Below, piece by piece: positions 40,182 to 50,390 of a stretch of DNA of 64,000 bases. Location: contig CAVQPB010000004.1 of the NCBI GenBank assembly GCA_963714525.1, positions 39,722-103,721 of the forward strand, in the 5' to 3' direction. Made by a program: the position numbers and the translations under genes. The notes beneath the pieces were generated by a model. It ran no database searches and was not told the DNA's origin. It saw only the letters and a program-made list of their open reading frames with translations. Positions within the stretch are counted from its first letter, which is position 1. Every line of letters starts with the position of its first letter. This stretch comes from an uncultured Pseudomonadota bacterium (GTDB taxonomy: Bacteria > Pseudomonadota > Gammaproteobacteria > Burkholderiales > JALYOK01).

Positions 40182-42488
40182 TTGATCACCGATACGTCAG
40201 ACATTCGGCAACTACTTCCGACAGACCTCGATCCGTCCCTTGTGGCGCTAATCGAATCTGCGCCGTTTGTAGCTCACGGCAAGCTAGGTCACATCGGGCT
40301 AGACACGTACATTCGGGGCTTAATCAAACTCAAAGCCCATGGCGCAAGCTGGGCGCCGCTCGTCGCCTATTTGCGCCAGGTACCGCAGGTAGTGGAGATT
40401 CTAGACGCGAGCGTCATTCAACCATTAGTAGAAGCCGCGATGCGCGTGAGTGAGCGTACCGGCGCCGCGCCGCTTGATCAGTTCTTCGCGACCAGCACAC
40501 TTGCCGCACAAAAGCTCGGCGATACGCTATCGTTCCTCGAATACTTGCGCTTAGTTAGCGAAACATCCGCGGTGTCCCCGAAGGTATTGCCGCTATTCTT
40601 CGATCATTTGCCGACTTTGCTCGATGGCCTAACGATCAGTGGACTCAGGCGCTGGGTGCAAGTGGGTTTACGCACCCATTCCCGCGACGCCGATGCGCAG
40701 AAAAAATATTTTTCTCTCGACAGCAAAGACGCGATCGCCATGCTCAAGCTGGGCGGCGAGGGTACGCTGTTCAGCCACGTGCATCGGCGCTTGCAGCTTT
40801 ATCTGCGCGCGCTGTGGGGGCACGAGTGGATCATGCATCCCAAAGCCAAGAAGGATTTGGCGATCCATAATCATCGGCCATTCATCGATGAAGAAACCAT
40901 CTATCTGCCCGATGCCTACGGCGGTAAAAAGATCGGCCCCGGCGCCGAACTCTATCGTGCCGCCGCCGCCCATGCCGCCGCGCATCTGACCTTCACCCGT
41001 GCTCGTTTCAAAGTCGGTAACTACAAGCCGATCAAAATCGCGGTCGTATCGATGCTGGAAGATGCCCGAGTGGAAGCCCTGGCGATCCGGGAATTTCCCG
41101 GCCTGCGAAATATTTGGAAAGCGTGGCACACGGCCACACCGGAACTCGGTGGGACTTTTGTCGAGCTCTTGGCACGCTTGTCGCGTGCGTTGCTCGATCC
41201 GGAGTACGCCGACGATCATCCCTGGGTCGCGCGCGGCCGCAGGATGTGGACGGAGAACCAAGCGCGCCTCGACGATCAAAACCTGAGCGTTGAACTCGCC
41301 AATCCCCTCGCTAACGACATCGGCCAATCACGCTTACAGTTCAATTACAAGACTTACGTTGTGCAACCGCCGTACCGCGATGACCACTCCTTCATGTGGC
41401 ATTACGGTGATGATAACGTGCCGCCGGCATTTGACGAGGACGACGACATCGTCCTCGAAGAAATCAAAACCAATCCGCAAGAAGCCGATCGAGCCGACTA
41501 CCCTGAACTACGCGAAGCGCAGGTAGAAGACCCCGATCCGGAGAAAAAAGAGCAGGAGTCCCCACACGCCATCGCGCTGGAGCTGGTCACGCGTTCTGTC
41601 GACTACGGCGAGTGGGATTACACCATCGGCCTCGAGCGGCCTTCCTGGTGTACGCTATTCGAAAAGCAGCCGGTACTCGGCGATCCAAGTTCGATCGACG
41701 CCGTGCTGCATCGTCACGAAGCGTTACAGCAACGAGTCAAAGCATTGATCCGCGCTGCGCAGATCCAACAGGCGCTGCGTCTGCGGAAACAACACGAAGG
41801 TGATCGCATGGATCTCGATGCCGCGATCCGCGCGGTCATCGATATTCGCAGTCAGCACGAACCGGATCCGCGCATCAACATGCGCACCGTGCGCCGTGGC
41901 CGCGATTTGTCGGTGCTGGTGTTGTTGGATATTTCCAAGTCCACGGGCGATATAATCCGCAGCGAAAACACAACCGTGCTCGATTTAGCGCGCGAGTCAT
42001 TGGCTTTGTTGGCCGAAGCGATGAGTGAGTTGGGCGATGAATTCGCCATCCATGGCTTTACTTCAAACGGCCGCCGCGATGTCAGTTATTTTCGCTTTAA
42101 AGACTTTGGCGCACCCTACGGACCACAAGCTAAAGCCGCGCTCGCCGGCATCACGCCGTTACTCTCAACGCGCATGGGGCCCGCCATTCGTCACGCCGGC
42201 GAGTTCTTGCGCGCGCAGGCGTCCGGGCGCAAACTATTATTGGTGATTACCGACGGCGAGCCGTCCGATATCGATATCCACGATCCGCGTTATTTAATGA
42301 TGGATGCGAAAAAAGCCTGTGAAGGATTGATGCGCCACGGCATCCAGCCGTTCTGCATGAGCCTCGATCCCCGTGCCGACAAATATGTTTCCACCATCTT
42401 CGGCCGGCGCAATTATTTGGTGATGGACAAGATCGCCCGACTACCGGAAAAACTACCGTTGATTTACCTACGCATGACTCAGCATTAG
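40182..42488 (+). CDS. CbbO/NorD-like VWA-domain adaptor (copy 2, long form)
   Basis: GLRRWV, LYLRALWG, EDARVE, YGEWDY, MIDAS DISKS, TDGEPSDID, LPEKLPLIY. Confidence 0.88.
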   Translation: MITDTSDIRQLLPTDLDPSLVALIESAPFVAHGKLGHIGLDTYIRGLIKLKAHGASWAPLVAYLRQVPQVVEILDASVIQPLVEAAMRVSERTGAAPLDQFFATSTLAAQKLGDTLSFLEYLRLVSETSAVSPKVLPLFFDHLPTLLDGLTISGLRRWVQVGLRTHSRDADAQKKYFSLDSKDAIAMLKLGGEGTLFSHVHRRLQLYLRALWGHEWIMHPKAKKDLAIHNHRPFIDEETIYLPDAYGGKKIGPGAELYRAAAAHAAAHLTFTRARFKVGNYKPIKIAVVSMLEDARVEALAIREFPGLRNIWKAWHTATPELGGTFVELLARLSRALLDPEYADDHPWVARGRRMWTENQARLDDQNLSVELANPLANDIGQSRLQFNYKTYVVQPPYRDDHSFMWHYGDDNVPPAFDEDDDIVLEEIKTNPQEADRADYPELREAQVEDPDPEKKEQESPHAIALELVTRSVDYGEWDYTIGLERPSWCTLFEKQPVLGDPSSIDAVLHRHEALQQRVKALIRAAQIQQALRLRKQHEGDRMDLDAAIRAVIDIRSQHEPDPRINMRTVRRGRDLSVLVLLDISKSTGDIIRSENTTVLDLARESLALLAEAMSELGDEFAIHGFTSNGRRDVSYFRFKDFGAPYGPQAKAALAGITPLLSTRMGPAIRHAGEFLRAQASGRKLLLVITDGEPSDIDIHDPRYLMMDAKKACEGLMRHGIQPFCMSLDPRADKYVSTIFGRRNYLVMDKIARLPEKLPLIYLRMTQH

Positions 42489-42495
42489 GAGGCCA

Positions 42496-42909
42496 ATGGA
42501 GATCCTAAAAATACACCGTGAAGCCTTTCAGATCGAAGCGGACAAGGGAAGATTTTTAATCATCGTATGGTCGTCGCGCGGCGCGGATACCACGCCGATG
42601 CTCGACTATGCTGCCCTGGTCAACGCCCAATTCCCCGATGCCTATCTGGCGCAAGTCGTGATCGATGAGGAGCCGGAACTGGCGGCAACGTTCGGTATTA
42701 ACGACTCGCCCGTGCTCATGATCATGCGCGAACAAGTCATTCTTTATCTTGAACCCGCGTTGCCCGAGCCGGAGATTTTCGAAGGTCTTCTGCGCCGTGC
42801 CGGCAATTTGGATATGGAGCGGGTTCGCGCCGAGATCCAACAAGAAAGAGAAGCCGAAATGTCACTGTTTTCGCGCCGTGTTTGTCCGACGGCGAAGCGC
42901 TCGGCTTAA
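42496..42909 (+). CDS. Thioredoxin-fold protein lacking CxxC
   Basis: DEEPELAATFGINDSPVLMIMREQVILY and LDMERVRAEI are thioredoxin-like; WSSRG sits at the WCxxC position. Confidence 0.6.
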   Translation: MEILKIHREAFQIEADKGRFLIIVWSSRGADTTPMLDYAALVNAQFPDAYLAQVVIDEEPELAATFGINDSPVLMIMREQVILYLEPALPEPEIFEGLLRRAGNLDMERVRAEIQQEREAEMSLFSRRVCPTAKRSA

Positions 42910-42914
42910 TAATC

Positions 42915-43122
42915 GTAGGGTGCGCAACGCGCACGCGGATCGTTTATGTGGAATGTCGGGTTACGCTTCGCTCACCCAACCTACATTTTTATCGAGGCAT
43001 TACCAAGTTTGGCGTAGGTCGGAAAAGCGCAGCGCCTTCCGACGAATGAGGATAGTTGGAAACGATTAAACGATTGATGTAATTTGGCGCGAGGGTTGTT
43101 GTTCGGCGGGTTGCACCCGCCC
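42915..43122. repeat. Cluster of GTAG-family REP palindromes
   Basis: GTAGGGTGCGCAACGCGCAC (42915), an inverted unit ending CCTAC (about 42985), GTAGGTCGGAAAAGCGCAGCGCCTTCCGAC (43014), GTTCGGCGGGTTGCACCCGC (43101). Confidence 0.75.
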
Positions 43123-43222
43123 CATCATTTTACCTTGCCACGAGCCGCTCCCAGCTTGCCTTGTGGCGATGCCTATCTGGAGAGCCAATATCCATGCGCT
43201 TCTTCAGGCACATGCTTAAAAT

Positions 43223-44443
43223 CTAAGCAGCTTCTGTTTTCAGAAACAACTCACGGTTCGGGGCGAAGTGGGAGTAAAGCGGCAGCAAGGCGCCACCCAT
43301 CGCCCGGGCATCGGCGCCGATGGAGCCCGCCAGCAATTGCGGCCGCGTCAGGCCTTCCCAACTGTAGCTATCGAGCACGTTTCCGGTTTGCTCGATAACT
43401 CGGTCGATGAGATCGCGATGCATCGAACCATCGACGACGACCGCTTCCAGGTCGAGCAGCGCCGTCGAAGATGTCACGGTCAACGCCAAGGCAGCGCAGG
43501 CATCTTTCAACCACAGCGAAGTGTACTCGGCCATTTGCGGCGACAATGCCCGTTCGTCGTGGGCAGCGGCAACCGGCTGGCCATGTTGTTTAAACAGTTG
43601 CTCCAACACAAATCCCGAGGCTTTATGCAATAGTTGCGGTGGTTTCTTGCCGTCTTCGCTGCGCAATGGCAATGAGCCGACGGCGCCGGCGTTTCCCGTG
43701 GAACCTGGATGGAGATGGCTATCGATGACCAGCCCGCCGCCGATGAATGTGCCGATGAAAAGATAAAGATAATTACGCAAACGCCTACCTTGGCCCGCAA
43801 CCAGCTCCGCGACGCATGCTGCCGTCGTATCTTTGGCGAACTCCACCGGTAGCGAGGTCATGGCTTGAATGCGGCGATGGATATCGATCTCGTTCCACGC
43901 GTCCATGACGCTCACGGGCGCGCCGAGAAAATCGCGCCAGCCGCCCAGCCACAGCGGCGCGGCCACGCCGACGCCGACCAGACGGCTGGCGTGTTCGCCG
44001 AGTTGCGTATCGACCACCGCGAGCTTGCGTTCGATAGCGGGAAAAATAATATCTGGATCGGGATACTCGTAGCCCAACACTTCGCGGTAACGCACTTTCC
44101 CGACGAAATCCATCGCCAGCACATCGAGGCTGCGGCGTCCCACTTTGATGCCGAGCGTGAACGCGCCGTCTGGATTCAGCGCGATCGGCACGGAGGGTTG
44201 GCCGATGCGTCCGCGCAATCGGTCCTGCTTGATGACCAGGCCATCAGCGAGCAAATTATTGATAATGACCGAAGCAGCTTGGCCGCTAAGCCGCGTTAAA
44301 CGTGCGACCTCCGCCTTCGGCAAGGCGCCGTGCAAACGAATCGCCTGGAGCACGATGCGTTCGTTGAACTGGCGCATGCCGACGTGGTTGGAGCCGACAG
44401 GACGCGTCAAGAACATGGCCGGCGCGCCGGAGACGTCATTCAT
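43223..44443 (-). CDS. ROK-family transcriptional regulator (FrcR-like)
   Basis: N-terminal HTH (NERIVLQAIR...), GQPS, FIGTFIGGG, GNAGAVG. Confidence 0.88.
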   Translation of the reverse strand: MNDVSGAPAMFLTRPVGSNHVGMRQFNERIVLQAIRLHGALPKAEVARLTRLSGQAASVIINNLLADGLVIKQDRLRGRIGQPSVPIALNPDGAFTLGIKVGRRSLDVLAMDFVGKVRYREVLGYEYPDPDIIFPAIERKLAVVDTQLGEHASRLVGVGVAAPLWLGGWRDFLGAPVSVMDAWNEIDIHRRIQAMTSLPVEFAKDTTAACVAELVAGQGRRLRNYLYLFIGTFIGGGLVIDSHLHPGSTGNAGAVGSLPLRSEDGKKPPQLLHKASGFVLEQLFKQHGQPVAAAHDERALSPQMAEYTSLWLKDACAALALTVTSSTALLDLEAVVVDGSMHRDLIDRVIEQTGNVLDSYSWEGLTRPQLLAGSIGADARAMGGALLPLYSHFAPNRELFLKTEAA

Positions 44444-44447
44444 ACAG

Positions 44448-45236
44448 TTAGGCGAGATAATCCGGCGGCAGCTCGTCCGGCCGTTTTGCGCCCGTCATCA
44501 CTGCCACCGTGTCGGACATACTGATTTTTTTCGGGTTGACGATACAAGCACGCTTGCCGAGACGGGCGATGTGAATGCGATCCGCGATTTCGAACACGTG
44601 CGGCATGTTGTGTGAAATCAGCACCACCGGCAGGCCCTTGTCGCGCACCCGGCGTATCAGCTCCAGCACCATGTTGCCTTCCTTCACGCCGAGCGCGGCG
44701 GTCGGCTCATCGAGAATCACCACATGTTCGGCGAACGCGGCGGCGCGCGCCACCGCCACGCATTGGCGCTGGCCGCCCGAGAGCGTCTCGACTGCCTGCG
44801 TCATCGAGCGGATGCCGACCTTGAGGTCGTTCATGCGCGCGATGCTCTGCTCCAACATCTTCGTCTTGTCGAGCATGCGCAGCACGTTGCCCAGGAAGCC
44901 TTCACGCCTGATCTCGCGGCCGAGAAACAAATTCTCGGCGATGGTCATCGCCGGCGCCACCGCGAGATCCTGATAGACCGTCTCGATGCCGACGCGGCGC
45001 GCGTCGATCGGGCCCTTGAAATGAATCGGTTTGCCGTCGAGGATGATCTCGCCCTCATCGGGAATGGTCGCGCCTGAAAGGCATTTGATCAGCGAAGATT
45101 TGCCGGCGCCGTTATCGCCGATCACCGCGAGGATCTCGCCGGCGCGCAGCTCGAAGTCGGCGCCATCGATCGCGGTCACTTGGCCGTAGCGCTTCACCAG
45201 GCCTTTGGCCTGCATTACCAATTCGGTGGTAGCCAT
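44448..45236 (-). CDS. frcA: Fructose ABC transporter ATP-binding protein
   Basis: GDNGAGKS, LSGGQRQ, DEPTAALG, ISHNMPHV. ATG overlaps the permease TGA. Confidence 0.85.
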   Translation of the reverse strand: MATTELVMQAKGLVKRYGQVTAIDGADFELRAGEILAVIGDNGAGKSSLIKCLSGATIPDEGEIILDGKPIHFKGPIDARRVGIETVYQDLAVAPAMTIAENLFLGREIRREGFLGNVLRMLDKTKMLEQSIARMNDLKVGIRSMTQAVETLSGGQRQCVAVARAAAFAEHVVILDEPTAALGVKEGNMVLELIRRVRDKGLPVVLISHNMPHVFEIADRIHIARLGKRACIVNPKKISMSDTVAVMTGAKRPDELPPDYLA

Positions 45237-46196
45237 CAACGGCCTCCCTTGCGCGAAAGTTGATCGACTGTCACGGCCAGAATGACCAAAATGCCTGTGA
45301 TCAAGACTTGGTAGACCGACGACACGCCCATCAAGCGTGAGGCCGTTGCGCAGCACGCCGACGACGATCGCGCCTATCAATGTGCCGAGGATCACGCCGC
45401 GGCCGCCGAACAAGCTGGTGCCGCCAAGTACGACCGCCGTGATCGCGTCAAGGTTCTCGGTCTGTCCGGCATTCGGATCGCCGACTCCGGTTCGTGCGAC
45501 CGCCAGCAGTGAGGCGATGCCGTAGAACACGCCGGCGAGCACATACACGTTGAGCAACACATTTTCCGGTGGAATACCCACGAGACGCGTGGCTTCCGGG
45601 TTGTTGCCGACTGCGTAAACGTGGCGGCCGGCAGCGGTTTCGCGCAGCCAGAACCAGACGCCAAGATATAGCAAGATCATCAGCACCGTGCCGTAGGCAA
45701 CGTTGGCGCCGCCGATCGGGAAGGTGCTGCCTAGCCAGGTCATCATCGGCGGGACATCGGTGATGGTCTGCGCATTCGAATAGAGCTGGGTGATTGCAAA
45801 GGCGATATTAAACGTACCCAAGGTCACGATAAACGGCGGCAGTTTGATACGGGTGACCAACAGGCCGTTGATGAGGCCGAACAGCGCCGTCACGGTGATA
45901 CCTGCGAGGATCGCCAGCGGCGCCGGTACGCCCAATTCGGCGGCAAACTTGGTCATGACAATGCTGCCGAGCGCCATGATCATGCCGCACGACAGATCGA
46001 TGCCGGCGGTCAGAATAATTAGAGTTTGGCCGATGGCGATGACTCCGACCACCATGACCTGCTGGAGAATCAGCGAGAAATTTTCGCCGCTAAAGAAACG
46101 ATCGGTGGTCGCGCCGAAGATCGCGCAGGCGATTATCAGCGCGATAAAGGGACCGAGCTGGCCGATCGGCGGCAGTTTGCTTTTTATTGCTTCCAT
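45236..46196 (-). CDS. frcC: Fructose ABC transporter permease (frameshift at about 45334)
   Basis: GIDLS, PPFIVTLG, GGTSLFGGRG. True C-terminus LMGVSSVYQVLITGILVILAVTVDQLSRKGGR* lies in another frame. Confidence 0.8.
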
Positions 46197-46279
46197 TCGC
46201 GTCCTCCAGAGGGTTTGGCTATGCGCCATCTTACCGGGGCGCGAGCGGCCCCGGTGAGATCTGTTTCAACTTAGCAAGT

Positions 46280-47275
46280 CTATTTCTTACCCCAGCACAG
46301 GTCGGTGCCGGTTTTTACGTCTTTACTATCCACGCCGGCCATGGCTTTGCTCGCGATCAAGGTGACACCGGTGTCGGTGTAGCCGCTGACCTTCTTGCCG
46401 CTCTTGGCATACTCGACGCCGGCTTCGACGCCCATCGACGCCATCTTCAGCGGGTATTGCTGCGAGGTTGCCGCGATCTTGCCGGCGCCGACGTCCTTCA
46501 CGCCTTCGCAACCGCCGTCCACGGAGACGATAACAACGCCTTTCTCTTTGCCCGCTTTTTTCAGCGCGTTGTACGCACCGGCAGCCGCGGGCTCGTTGAT
46601 GGTGTAGACCAGATTGATGTCGGGATTCTTCTGTAGGCAGTTCTCCATCGCCGTCTGGCCTTTGGCGCGGTCGCCGAAGCTGTCGGCCATGCAGACAATC
46701 GCAGCGTCCTTGCCCAGTTCGTTGGTCTTGGCGTCCGGCGCCGGCAAGCCGAAGCCTTTTAGAAAACCATTGTGACGTTGCGCGCCGACCGGGTGGCCGG
46801 GGAATAGATCCAAGGTCGCGATCACCGGTTTCTTATCGCCGAGCGCGACTTTCGCGTACTGGCCGATCAATACGCCGGCTTTATAGTTGTCGGTCGCGAA
46901 CAGCGCATCGGTGGCTTCCATCGGATCCGTCGGGCTATCGAGCGCAATCACCATCACGCCTTTTTCTTGCGCTTTCTTGATCGCCGGGATGATGGCCTTA
47001 GAATCGCTGGGGGTGATCAGTATGGTCTTCGCGCCCCCGGCGATCATGTTCTCCATCGCCGTTACTTGGCCGGCGTTGTCGCCGTCAGTTTTGCCAGCGC
47101 CCGACAGCAACTTCGCGCCCTTGGCTTTGGCGGCCGCGGCAGCGCCTTCTTTCATTTTCACGAAGAACGGGTTAGTTTCTGTTTTAGTGATGAGGCCGAT
47201 GACGGGTTCCGCTGCATAGATGGACGTGGTAAAGCAGGCGAGGGCAGACAACGCTACAATGTTTTTCGCTTTCAT
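46280..47275 (-). CDS. frcB: Fructose ABC transporter substrate-binding protein
   Basis: Signal peptide, LITKTETNPFFVKMKEGA, ATDN, YTINEPAAAG, QQYP, C-terminal CWG. Confidence 0.85.
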   Translation of the reverse strand: MKAKNIVALSALACFTTSIYAAEPVIGLITKTETNPFFVKMKEGAAAAAKAKGAKLLSGAGKTDGDNAGQVTAMENMIAGGAKTILITPSDSKAIIPAIKKAQEKGVMVIALDSPTDPMEATDALFATDNYKAGVLIGQYAKVALGDKKPVIATLDLFPGHPVGAQRHNGFLKGFGLPAPDAKTNELGKDAAIVCMADSFGDRAKGQTAMENCLQKNPDINLVYTINEPAAAGAYNALKKAGKEKGVVIVSVDGGCEGVKDVGAGKIAATSQQYPLKMASMGVEAGVEYAKSGKKVSGYTDTGVTLIASKAMAGVDSKDVKTGTDLCWGKK

Positions 47276-47391
47276 GGATACTCCTTCCTTGTGTGGGTGT
47301 GAGCCGGCGATATGGCCACCGGGCTGATATTTTTTGGCGGGTTCAATGCAATCTGCCCGCTCCGGTCGCCACTATATTACAAACTAGAGAC

Positions 47392-47412
47392 TAAATCAAT
47401 CTAGTTTATTTA
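47392..47412. promoter_or_regulatory. Candidate ROK operator between frcB and the PfkB kinase
   Basis: Imperfect palindrome TAAATCAA-TCTAG-TTTATTTA in an AT-rich divergent intergenic region. Confidence 0.4.
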
Positions 47413-47513
47413 ATAGATTTTTTGCTAAACTAGTGGCAGAAAATCCTATTTATTAACCTTATAAAAACGCTTTAACTAATTGTTCAGTAGTGATTTTATC
47501 GTGAGGATACATT

Positions 47514-48453
47514 GTGTTCGTAGTCACCGGCGAAGCTTTAATTGATTTCATGGCAAAACCCGACGGCAGTTATGAACCCGCCGTGGGTGGAGCGCCCTAC
47601 AATTTTGCTCGCGCCTTGTCATTACAAGGCCTTCCCGTAGGCTATCTGAATCCGTTGTCGGATGACCGCTTCGGGTTAATGCTGCGTAACGGCCTCACAG
47701 AGGCTGGCGTTACACATCTGGGTTCGACCAGCGTAAAGCCCACCTCGCTGGCGTTGGTCAGCGCAAACGAATTAGGACAACCGAACTACAGCTTTTACCG
47801 CGAGGCGGTGGCCGATCGCGAACTCACGTCGGACACCGTAGTAGCGGCCATCAACGCTTCGATTTTGGCATTTCACACGGGGGGCCTAGCGCTGGTGCCG
47901 CCCGATCATGAGACGGTGCTCGCCGGATTGCGCTACGCGCGTGAGCTGGGTGTACCGCGGACGGTCGACGTTAACCTGCGCCCGCAAGTAGCGAGCAGCA
48001 TGGGCGTGTCGTCGGCACACTATCGCGACGCAGCGTTTGCCGTGATCGGGGAAGCAGATATCCTAAAAGTCAGCGATGAAGATCTGCGGCACCTGGGACT
48101 CACCTCCGAACCCAAAGTCGCGGCAAGGGAACTGCTGACCTTCGGCGCCCGGCTGGTCGTGCTCACCATGGGTGCGATCAGGCGCGTGGGTGTTGAGCGA
48201 AAACCATGAGCTATTTCAGCCGGCCGATCAGGTCAAGGTTGTCGACACCGTCGGCGCGGGCGATTGCTTTTTCGCCGGATTTATCGCTTTGTTGGCGCGG
48301 GACGGTGCGATCGCTTCGCTGTTGACCGTAGCGCCCGATGAGGGCTTGCTGGCTCGCGCTTTAAGCCATGCGACACGCTGCGCCGCGATCAATATTTCCC
48401 GCCAGGGTTGTCAGCCGCCTACATGGGATGAAGCGGTGAAGCGAACGGCATGA
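47514..48453 (+). CDS. PfkB-family carbohydrate kinase, probably fructokinase (frameshift at about 48177)
   Basis: GEALIDF, GGAPYN, DVNLRP, KVSDEDL; DTVGAGDCF lies in the next frame. Confidence 0.82.
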
Positions 48454-49503
48454 CATCCCAGCACCGAACGACGCCGACGGACTCGACAGTTGGCGCGAAG
48501 AAATGTCTTCCGCCTACCTTTACCGCCGTCTCGCCGCGCGCGAAGAGGGCACGCGCAAGACGCTGTTTCTCGACCTTGCCACGGCGGCGGAACGCCAAGC
48601 GGGAATTTGGTCCGACCGCGCGACGGCGAGTGGTCGCGCGCTGCCGCGATCATTCACACCCGGGCTGCGCACGCGCATCGTCGCGTTCTTGATTCACACT
48701 TCAACCCACGCACCTTGCGGCCTATACTCGCGGCGATGAAAGTGCGCGGCCTGTCGGTCTATCGTGGGCCGGTCAGCGCGGCATCGTCGCAGGATCATGT
48801 GGACGAGGCTGGACGCCATCGCGGCGTCGGACACGGCGGCAATTTGCGCGCGGCGGTGTTCGGCGTCAATGACGGGCTGGTGTCGAATGCCAGTCTCATA
48901 CTCGGCATCGCCGGTGCGGGCAGCGATGCGAAGATCATCTTGTTGTCCGGCGTCGCGGGGCTGTTGGCGGGCGCGTTTTCCATGGCCTCCGGCGAGTATG
49001 TTTCGGTGCGCTCCCAGCGCGAGATGTACGAATATCAAATCGATCTCGAACGCGAAGAGCTAAGCCTTTATCCGCAAGAGGAAACAGATGAGCTCGCCTT
49101 GATCTACGCGGCGCGCGGCTTGGCGCAAGGAGAGGCGCAGCAACTGGCGGCGAGCATGACCAGCAACCCGCAGCAGGCGCTCGACACGCTCACCCGCGAA
49201 GAACTCGGGCTCAACATGGATCAGCTCGGTTCACCGTGGGGCGCGGCGTCGACTTCGTTTTTGTCCTTCGCCGTCGGCGCGGTAATTCCGCTGCTGCCGT
49301 TTTTGATCGGCGCTAGCGAGTATCGTCTGGGTTGGTCGGTGGCGTTGACCGCAGCGGCATTGTTCGGCGTCGGCGGCGCGCTAAGCCTATTTTCGGGGCG
49401 CAGCGCATTGCTCAGCGGCGTGCGCATGTTGTCGATCGGCGCCGCGGCAGGCGCAGCAACTTATTTTATTGGATCGTTGCTTGGCGTTAATCTGGGAAGT
49501 TGA
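48450..49503 (+). CDS. VIT1/CCC1 family Fe/Mn transporter with N-terminal ferritin-like domain (frameshifts at about 48458 and 48695)
   Basis: WREEMSSAYLYRRLA N-domain; LRAAVFGVNDGLVSN, SMASGEYVSV, REELG. Confidence 0.8.
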
Positions 49504-49509
49504 TTTTCA

Positions 49510-49980
49510 CTAAACCTTTACCAGCTTCTTTTCGTAGTTTTCGACAAAAAACCGCGCGCCTTTTTGCGTGACTACATGACCTTCCGCTTCCAGGCGCCGC
49601 TTCAAATTGTCGACTCCACCAGGATATTTCGCGTTTAACTCACCGCCGGTTTTAAGCGCGCGCCAATACGGCGTGATGGTTCGCTTGCCCTCGAGTTCAT
49701 TCTCATGGGCGGCATGGGCCGCGATCCACGCGAAGATACCGGACGTCACCGTACAGCCGATGGTGGCGTGATGTTTGTTGGCAACCTTCGCGCCGATTTC
49801 CATCGGTGTAATCAGTTTGTGCTTAGGTACGCTGGCCATGATCTCGTCCACCTCGCGCGGTGAGGGAATCGCGATCGTGCCATCGCCGTGGCGTTTGATC
49901 ATGCGGGTGGGAATGGGTTTAACCGCCGGTAGATTATGGTCAAACGCTAATTTCTCGCGCCAGGATTTTTTCGCTTTCAT
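49510..49980 (-). CDS. MGMT/alkyltransferase-like DNA-binding family protein
   Basis: VPKHKLIT, TPYWR, LEAEGH. Resembles ATL-type proteins lacking PCHR. Confidence 0.6.
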   Translation of the reverse strand: MKAKKSWREKLAFDHNLPAVKPIPTRMIKRHGDGTIAIPSPREVDEIMASVPKHKLITPMEIGAKVANKHHATIGCTVTSGIFAWIAAHAAHENELEGKRTITPYWRALKTGGELNAKYPGGVDNLKRRLEAEGHVVTQKGARFFVENYEKKLVKV

Positions 49981-50153
49981 GTCTTGAACGATAAGTTGAA
50001 TAGCCACATTATTGTACTCAGCTCCTGACAGCGTGGTGTCAGCAGAGATATCAGAATCGGCAGGCTGGAGACGCGCATGGATATTGCCTCGCAGGCTATG
50101 CCCTGCTGAGAGGCAAGCTGGTATTGCTTTGTGGCATGGTGTGTAAATCGCGG

Positions 50154-50227
50154 GTAGGGTGCGCATCGCGCACGCGGATTTGTTCTCACATGTTGGTCAA
50201 TGGATGTTCCGCGTGCGCGTTGCGCAC
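50154..50227. repeat. Inverted pair of GTAG-family REP units
   Basis: GTAGGGTGCGCATCGCGCACGCGGAT (25/26 identical to 42915) and inverted TCCGCGTGCGCGTTGCGCAC. Confidence 0.75.
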
Positions 50228-50390
50228 GGTTGGTATTTACGCCGGCGTTTGACGTGACAAAGACTTTCGGAAGCGGTCAAATAAATGCTAGCATTCAATC
50301 CGCGCGGAAAGCTTACCAGCCCAACGTGCAGCCGGAGTGCCTCCGAACCTAAGGAGGCGGGCTCCTCGTCGAATCCTACAGGAGATAGAC

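Noticed and set aside
14640-42488. cbbQ/cbbO as evidence of carbon fixation, or norQ/norD as evidence of denitrification
   Set aside because: No Rubisco, phosphoribulokinase or NO reductase gene is in the window.
42915-43122. CRISPR array
   Set aside because: The units are heterogeneous palindromes in mixed orientation with no regular repeat-spacer period and no cas genes. They are REPs.
44448-46229. Apparent 593-aa permease-ATPase fusion
   Set aside because: A one-base shift near 45334 hides the normal permease C-terminus, which ends in TGA overlapping the ATPase ATG. These are two ordinary genes.
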